Of a stretch of DNA of 64,000 bases, positions 59,902-64,000 are shown one piece after another (within the stretch, counting starts at the first letter, position 1; each line of letters begins with the position of its first letter). This stretch comes from Flavobacteriales bacterium. Lineage in GTDB: Bacteria > Bacteroidota > Bacteroidia > Flavobacteriales_C > GCA-002722245. The notes under the pieces are model-generated. The model was given only the letters and a program-made list of their open reading frames with translations. It ran no database searches and was not told the origin of the DNA. The DNA is taken from NCBI GenBank assembly GCA_049430665.1, contig JBMTCG010000005.1:2930-66929 (forward strand), in the 5' to 3' direction. Made by a program: the position numbers and the translations under genes.

Positions 59902-62667
59902 TCAGCAATACTGACAATACTTAGCATCGTTGCTGTGCACGTATTCTATTTCTGCAGAAAATAAATTCTCGAAAATCAATACCAATTGTTTCTTGAATGC
60001 AAGGCACATTTCTCTATCAGCTTTGTCTTTTTTCTCTACGTTGAGTTCGCATAAGCCTTTGCTCAAGGCTCTAAACGACAATAATCCAGGAGTGATGGAA
60101 TCTACATCTTTGTTGTTTTCTAAATACAACAAACTGTACCACAGCAATTGCAAAAGCTTGCTTTTCTTTCCGTTTCTTATTGTATCTAAGTTTGATATGG
60201 TGAGGTCGCTTTCTCCTACCGAGCCCGTTTTATAATCTACCAAACGAAGCTCATTGCCTATTTTGTCAATTCTGTCGGCAACACCTGTAAGCTTTATTTT
60301 TAAAGGTTCTCCGTGCAAATCAATTTCAATTTCACCTTCCATTTTATATTCTAATTTCAAAATAGTAAGCGATTGATTACTTAGTTCTAATTCTTTTAAA
60401 GTCGATATTTCGTTTTGTAAAAACTGTTTAATAACATCTCCAGCAACGTTGTAGGTTAAATGATTTTTCCCCACTTGCAGTTCATTTATTTCTTGGGCCT
60501 GAAAAGCTTTTTCAAGCAAGTTGTCTACCAATGGAAGCATCAATTCTACATCTTTTACTTGCAAAACTTTACCCACATGATTTTGATACAAATTCTCTAA
60601 AACGGTGTGAATGGCTGTACCCAAACTACTGGCTTGTATGTCTTCTTCTACTTCATCCATTTCGCCTAAACCTAAAATGTAGCGGTAGTAAAAATCGCTC
60701 TTGCATTCCAAAAATTTATTAATGGCCGATGGCGAAAATCCTCTGGCAGCTCTCTTTTTTAAGCGTTCAATAATATCAGGCGTATTTCCTATAATTGGAG
60801 CACTCACTTTCATTTCACTGTTGGGCAACGATGCGAATTCGCTGGTGAAATGTACGTTTTTGTTGAGTGGTGCATATTCCATCTCTAGCTGACTCAAAAA
60901 GCGACTCTTTTCGTTTTGTCCGCCCATATTGTCGCTCGCCGACGTGTACAAAAAGTAAACATTTTTAGCGCGTTGTATCAAGCGGTAAAAGTGATAAGCA
61001 AAGATGGCGTCGTTCTCTTGGTAAGTGTGTAAACCAAATTCTTTCTTAATGTCGTGTGGAATAAATGACTGCTGATGTTTGTCTTTAGGTATCACACCTT
61101 CGTTCATCGAAAGCAAAACAATGTTCTCAAAATCTAAAGCTCTGCTCTCTAGCATACCCATTATTTGTAAGCCTTGCAGCGGTTCGCCGTAGAAAGAAAG
61201 TTTTTCTTGTCGGATGAGTTTAATGAATACTTTTTTAAGTGCCTTCAGCTGCTCTAACTCTGTTAATTCATATTTCTTTTGAAGGTTGTTGAGCTTTTGC
61301 AAGAAGGTGTAAAAAGCAAAAAGGTATTCGTTTTCTAAGCTCGATGTTTCGCTGTATTTGTCTTTCAAAAGTGTGATGAGTTGCAGCATGTTTCGCAACA
61401 ATGTTGCACCATTTTTATTTCCGCTATCAAAAATAAATCGCAATTCTTCGCCCAATATACTCAAGCATTTTTCTACTGTAATGTAAACGCGGTTATTCTT
61501 GGTGATATAGTTGTTGAGTTCTATGGTTTTCCTTTTGTCGCCCAACAAAAACTGAATTTTTTCGTGCGCCAAGAAGAGCAGTAAATCTTTGTGGTAAAAC
61601 ACATAATCTTTTGCCGATTTTTTCGCTGTTTCATGCATCACAAACAGTTGCAACAACATAGGGTATAAATCAATTTGCTTGATAGGCAAACCCATGGTGA
61701 TGTTGGCTGCTTTGGTCTCGTCGGGCAGTTGATTCAACAGCGGAATCAATAAGTTTTCGTCGCCCAATATAACAGCCGAGTTGGGGGAGTTGGCAGGTAT
61801 TTTAGTTTGTATCAATTCGGCGGCAACGTGGGCTTGTAACACGTTTTGCGGACACCCAATCAAATGTATATTCTTGTTTTCTTTCGACAATAAATCCTCT
61901 TTAAAAGAGAAATCGTTGCTCCACGAATTAAGATATTTTCTAAGGAAAAATCCGGCTTCCTGATTTCTATTGTGCAAATAATATTCATCGCTATCCCACA
62001 ATATTTCAGCCCAACCTGCTTTGATGCTTTTTTGAATTATTTTTTCTTCCGATGGAGTCAAGGCGTTGAGTCCGGCAAAGATAACCTTACTCCATTTCGT
62101 ATTCTCAAAATCATTGAATTCACTTGCTTTTCGGTAGGCTTGTCCGCTACTCACCAAGTTTTCTTTCGCCAAAGATGTATTCAGCGCCGAGTAATATAAT
62201 TTTAAGTTTTGCCAAAATCGCAAATACTCTTTTTGAAAATCGCTAATGGGCTGACCGTCCACATTCCAAACCTCCAAAGCTCTTGTTTCATTAATGTAGT
62301 TAAAGAACTTTTCGGGATTCACCAAGTGTCGGTCCACCGCATCAAAATCGGCCAAAAGCGCAGGAGCCCAGTTTAAAAAATCGTTGAAATCATCTCTGTC
62401 ATCGGCAGGGGTAGAGGCAATATATACTTTATAAAAATGCAGTGTTAGTTCAAAAGAAGATACCGTATTGCTGTTGCCCAATTCGCTCATAAAATCATCC
62501 ATAGAGATGATTTGTGGCGCCCAAATGGTTTTGTTAAACACCTTAGCAATTTCTTTTTTAAGGAACAGTCCGGCGCGTTTGGTAGGCAACACCACACAAA
62601 TCTTTTCGGTAGATTGAGGGTAATGCTGAAAGATATGTTGCGCTAAGCGATTTAAAAAAGAAATCAT
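59902..62667 (-). CDS. AddB-like PD-(D/E)XK nuclease family protein with iron-staple cysteines
   Basis: 921 aa. RecB-type nuclease motif LRLVDYKTG near the C-terminus, flanked by Cys in FLECK and KYCQYC (C...CxxC). No Walker A in the N-terminal half. Confidence 0.65.
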   Translation of the reverse strand: MISFLNRLAQHIFQHYPQSTEKICVVLPTKRAGLFLKKEIAKVFNKTIWAPQIISMDDFMSELGNSNTVSSFELTLHFYKVYIASTPADDRDDFNDFLNWAPALLADFDAVDRHLVNPEKFFNYINETRALEVWNVDGQPISDFQKEYLRFWQNLKLYYSALNTSLAKENLVSSGQAYRKASEFNDFENTKWSKVIFAGLNALTPSEEKIIQKSIKAGWAEILWDSDEYYLHNRNQEAGFFLRKYLNSWSNDFSFKEDLLSKENKNIHLIGCPQNVLQAHVAAELIQTKIPANSPNSAVILGDENLLIPLLNQLPDETKAANITMGLPIKQIDLYPMLLQLFVMHETAKKSAKDYVFYHKDLLLFLAHEKIQFLLGDKRKTIELNNYITKNNRVYITVEKCLSILGEELRFIFDSGNKNGATLLRNMLQLITLLKDKYSETSSLENEYLFAFYTFLQKLNNLQKKYELTELEQLKALKKVFIKLIRQEKLSFYGEPLQGLQIMGMLESRALDFENIVLLSMNEGVIPKDKHQQSFIPHDIKKEFGLHTYQENDAIFAYHFYRLIQRAKNVYFLYTSASDNMGGQNEKSRFLSQLEMEYAPLNKNVHFTSEFASLPNSEMKVSAPIIGNTPDIIERLKKRAARGFSPSAINKFLECKSDFYYRYILGLGEMDEVEEDIQASSLGTAIHTVLENLYQNHVGKVLQVKDVELMLPLVDNLLEKAFQAQEINELQVGKNHLTYNVAGDVIKQFLQNEISTLKELELSNQSLTILKLEYKMEGEIEIDLHGEPLKIKLTGVADRIDKIGNELRLVDYKTGSVGESDLTISNLDTIRNGKKSKLLQLLWYSLLYLENNKDVDSITPGLLSFRALSKGLCELNVEKKDKADREMCLAFKKQLVLIFENLFSAEIEYVHSNDAKYCQYC

Positions 62668-62705
62668 TATTTTAGAAAAATAAACCTCAACTAAAGTATG
62701 AAATT

Positions 62706-63101
62706 ATGATGAAGCATTTTGTAAAAATATTGTTTGCAACTACACTTGTTGTAAGTTCTTGTTGTACAGGCGAAGGAGGAGGAACTTCGGTGGTAAGCGG
62801 AAAGGTGTATCACCATGCTAAGCCAATTGCCAATGCAAAGGTGTATGTTAAATACGATGCTAAAGATTTGCCCTCCACCGATGTTTCTGTGTACAACCAA
62901 TCGGTAACAGCAGGTGCCGATGCATCTTATAGTTTAAGCGGATTGAAATGTGGCGATTATTATATTTATGCAACAGGTATCGATGATGCTTTAGTAGCGC
63001 CCGAAGATGTGGTTACAGGAGGTTTGTATGTTAAAATTGGGAAAGATGGAACTGTGGTAGAGAAAGATGTTTATGTTACTGAGGCGGGGCATGCGCATTA
63101 A
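62706..63101 (+). CDS. small lipoprotein (hypothetical)
   Basis: Signal and lipobox LVVSSCC, then a beta-rich body. Confidence 0.45.
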   Translation: MMKHFVKILFATTLVVSSCCTGEGGGTSVVSGKVYHHAKPIANAKVYVKYDAKDLPSTDVSVYNQSVTAGADASYSLSGLKCGDYYIYATGIDDALVAPEDVVTGGLYVKIGKDGTVVEKDVYVTEAGHAH

Positions 63102-63103
63102 TT

Positions 63104-64000
63104 CTATTTACAAAAATACATCCACATCCCGTGTTCAAATTCAATGAGCTCTATTTCCTTTTCGTCGTTGCTTGAATTATAAGTTTTGGCTTTATCGAAA
63201 ACAAAACTTTCTTTGTAAATAGTAGAACTGAAATTACGGAAGAAGAAAAGGTCATCCAATGTATTTACTCTTGAGGAAAGAGTAACTTCTTTTGTCTTTT
63301 CTTTTGCCAAGTGCACGCGAATATAAGGCCAGTAAATCCAATACAAATCGCTTGTGTCTTTGGTTATTTCGTTAATTCCTACCGGACAAATACCAATTGT
63401 TCTTGTTTCGAATACAAAGCGCTGGTTGTCGGTAAAACAATCTTCTTTGATTTTGTATGCAACTATTTTTGTGTTTTTTAGCTTGATGTCTTTTGATGAA
63501 ATGGCTTCTTTGAATTCATCATCTTTATAGATTTTTACAGAATCGTTTAAGGGGATTTTTTGCAGCACTTTAAATAAAGCATCATTCTTAAATAGGGCAG
63601 GATTGTTTTTACTATCAATGGTTCTCCAAATTCTTTTTGCCCAAACAACATTTTTTTCAGTGATAGGGAAGTAGTCGATATACCCCTTACTGTTGTGCTT
63701 TAAGTCATACTTTAATGAAGAGTCTGCTTTCTGATATTTACTTATAAAAGAAAGTGGAGTGGTGTAATCTCGTTGTACCAAAACTTTACCTGTGGTATCC
63801 CAAATCGTCCAAATGCCTTTTCTCAAATTGTTGTCGAAATCACCTTCTGCCATCTTCTTTCCATTCTTATAATAAGAGGTATAGTGGCCGTTGAATCTAC
63901 CATCTGTTTTGTGGTAAATGCATTTAACTTCTTCGTTCTCAAAAGTGAATTCGTTGTTGTTTACAACCAGTGAACTCAGGCTTAAGAATAGGCAAATTGC
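63104..64000 (-). CDS. MORN-variant repeat (YwqK-like) secreted protein, 5' end beyond the window
   Basis: Same frame stays open from 63853 to 64000 (..AICLFLSLSSLVVNN..HYTSYYKNGKKMAEGDFDNNLRKGIWTIWDTTGKV). Repeats of the G-x-W/Y..NG.K type. Confidence 0.55.
   Translation of the reverse strand, partial: AICLFLSLSSLVVNNNEFTFENEEVKCIYHKTDGRFNGHYTSYYKNGKKMAEGDFDNNLRKGIWTIWDTTGKVLVQRDYTTPLSFISKYQKADSSLKYDLKHNSKGYIDYFPITEKNVVWAKRIWRTIDSKNNPALFKNDALFKVLQKIPLNDSVKIYKDDEFKEAISSKDIKLKNTKIVAYKIKEDCFTDNQRFVFETRTIGICPVGINEITKDTSDLYWIYWPYIRVHLAKEKTKEVTLSSRVNTLDDLFFFRNFSSTIYKESFVFDKAKTYNSSNDEKEIELIEFEHGMWMYFCK

Noticed and set aside
1-64000. CRISPR arrays, rRNA/tRNA genes, integrases or transposases
   Set aside because: No short direct-repeat/spacer periodicity, no rRNA- or tRNA-like conserved blocks, and no recombinase-like ORFs were seen. 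The repeats found are inverted, not direct.

Overview
The window reads as a chromosomal segment from a Bacteroidetes genome, probably Flavobacteriia or Sphingobacteriia. It is AT-rich, has many type IX secretion (T9SS) cargo proteins with type A/B C-terminal domains plus a PorP/SprF gene, and a TAnnTTTG-type -7 promoter box. Coding density is high, with about 50 genes and no rRNA, tRNA or CRISPR array that I can see.

Housekeeping genes: a 5'-truncated dnaE whose N-terminus carries a DnaQ-like exonuclease, a fused 2-oxoacid dehydrogenase E1 alpha/beta, gatB/yqeY, an ABC-F ATPase, a SerB-SerA fusion, class I fumarase, pfkA, priA, hup and fmt.

Accessory content:
- (i) A four-gene, same-strand locus SulP (BicA-like) - porin - DabA (DUF2309) - DabB (NuoL/MrpD-like). 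This looks like an energy-coupled inorganic-carbon uptake module.
- (ii) A T9SS cargo locus: a PKD adhesin with type B CTD, then PorP/SprF, then an OmpA/TPR/TolB-like protein. The adhesin is interrupted by an in-frame TAG.
- (iii) A second nonsense-interrupted small gene about 750 bp away (TAA).
- (iv) Two giant divergently transcribed type B CTD proteins with no cognate PorP/SprF in the window.
- (v) A TerB-like/FHA-like/ABCG-like transporter flanked by small secreted proteins.
- (vi) A Crp/Fnr regulator translationally coupled to a membrane metallophosphoesterase.
- (vii) A YVTN beta-propeller lipoprotein plus a RIC-type hemerythrin pair.
- (viii) Three structured intergenic elements with perfect or compensated inverted repeats. 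These are MITE- or REP-like. One carries a small ORF frameshifted at a T7/A7 tract.

All calls rest on reading the translations and motifs by eye. No database search was possible.
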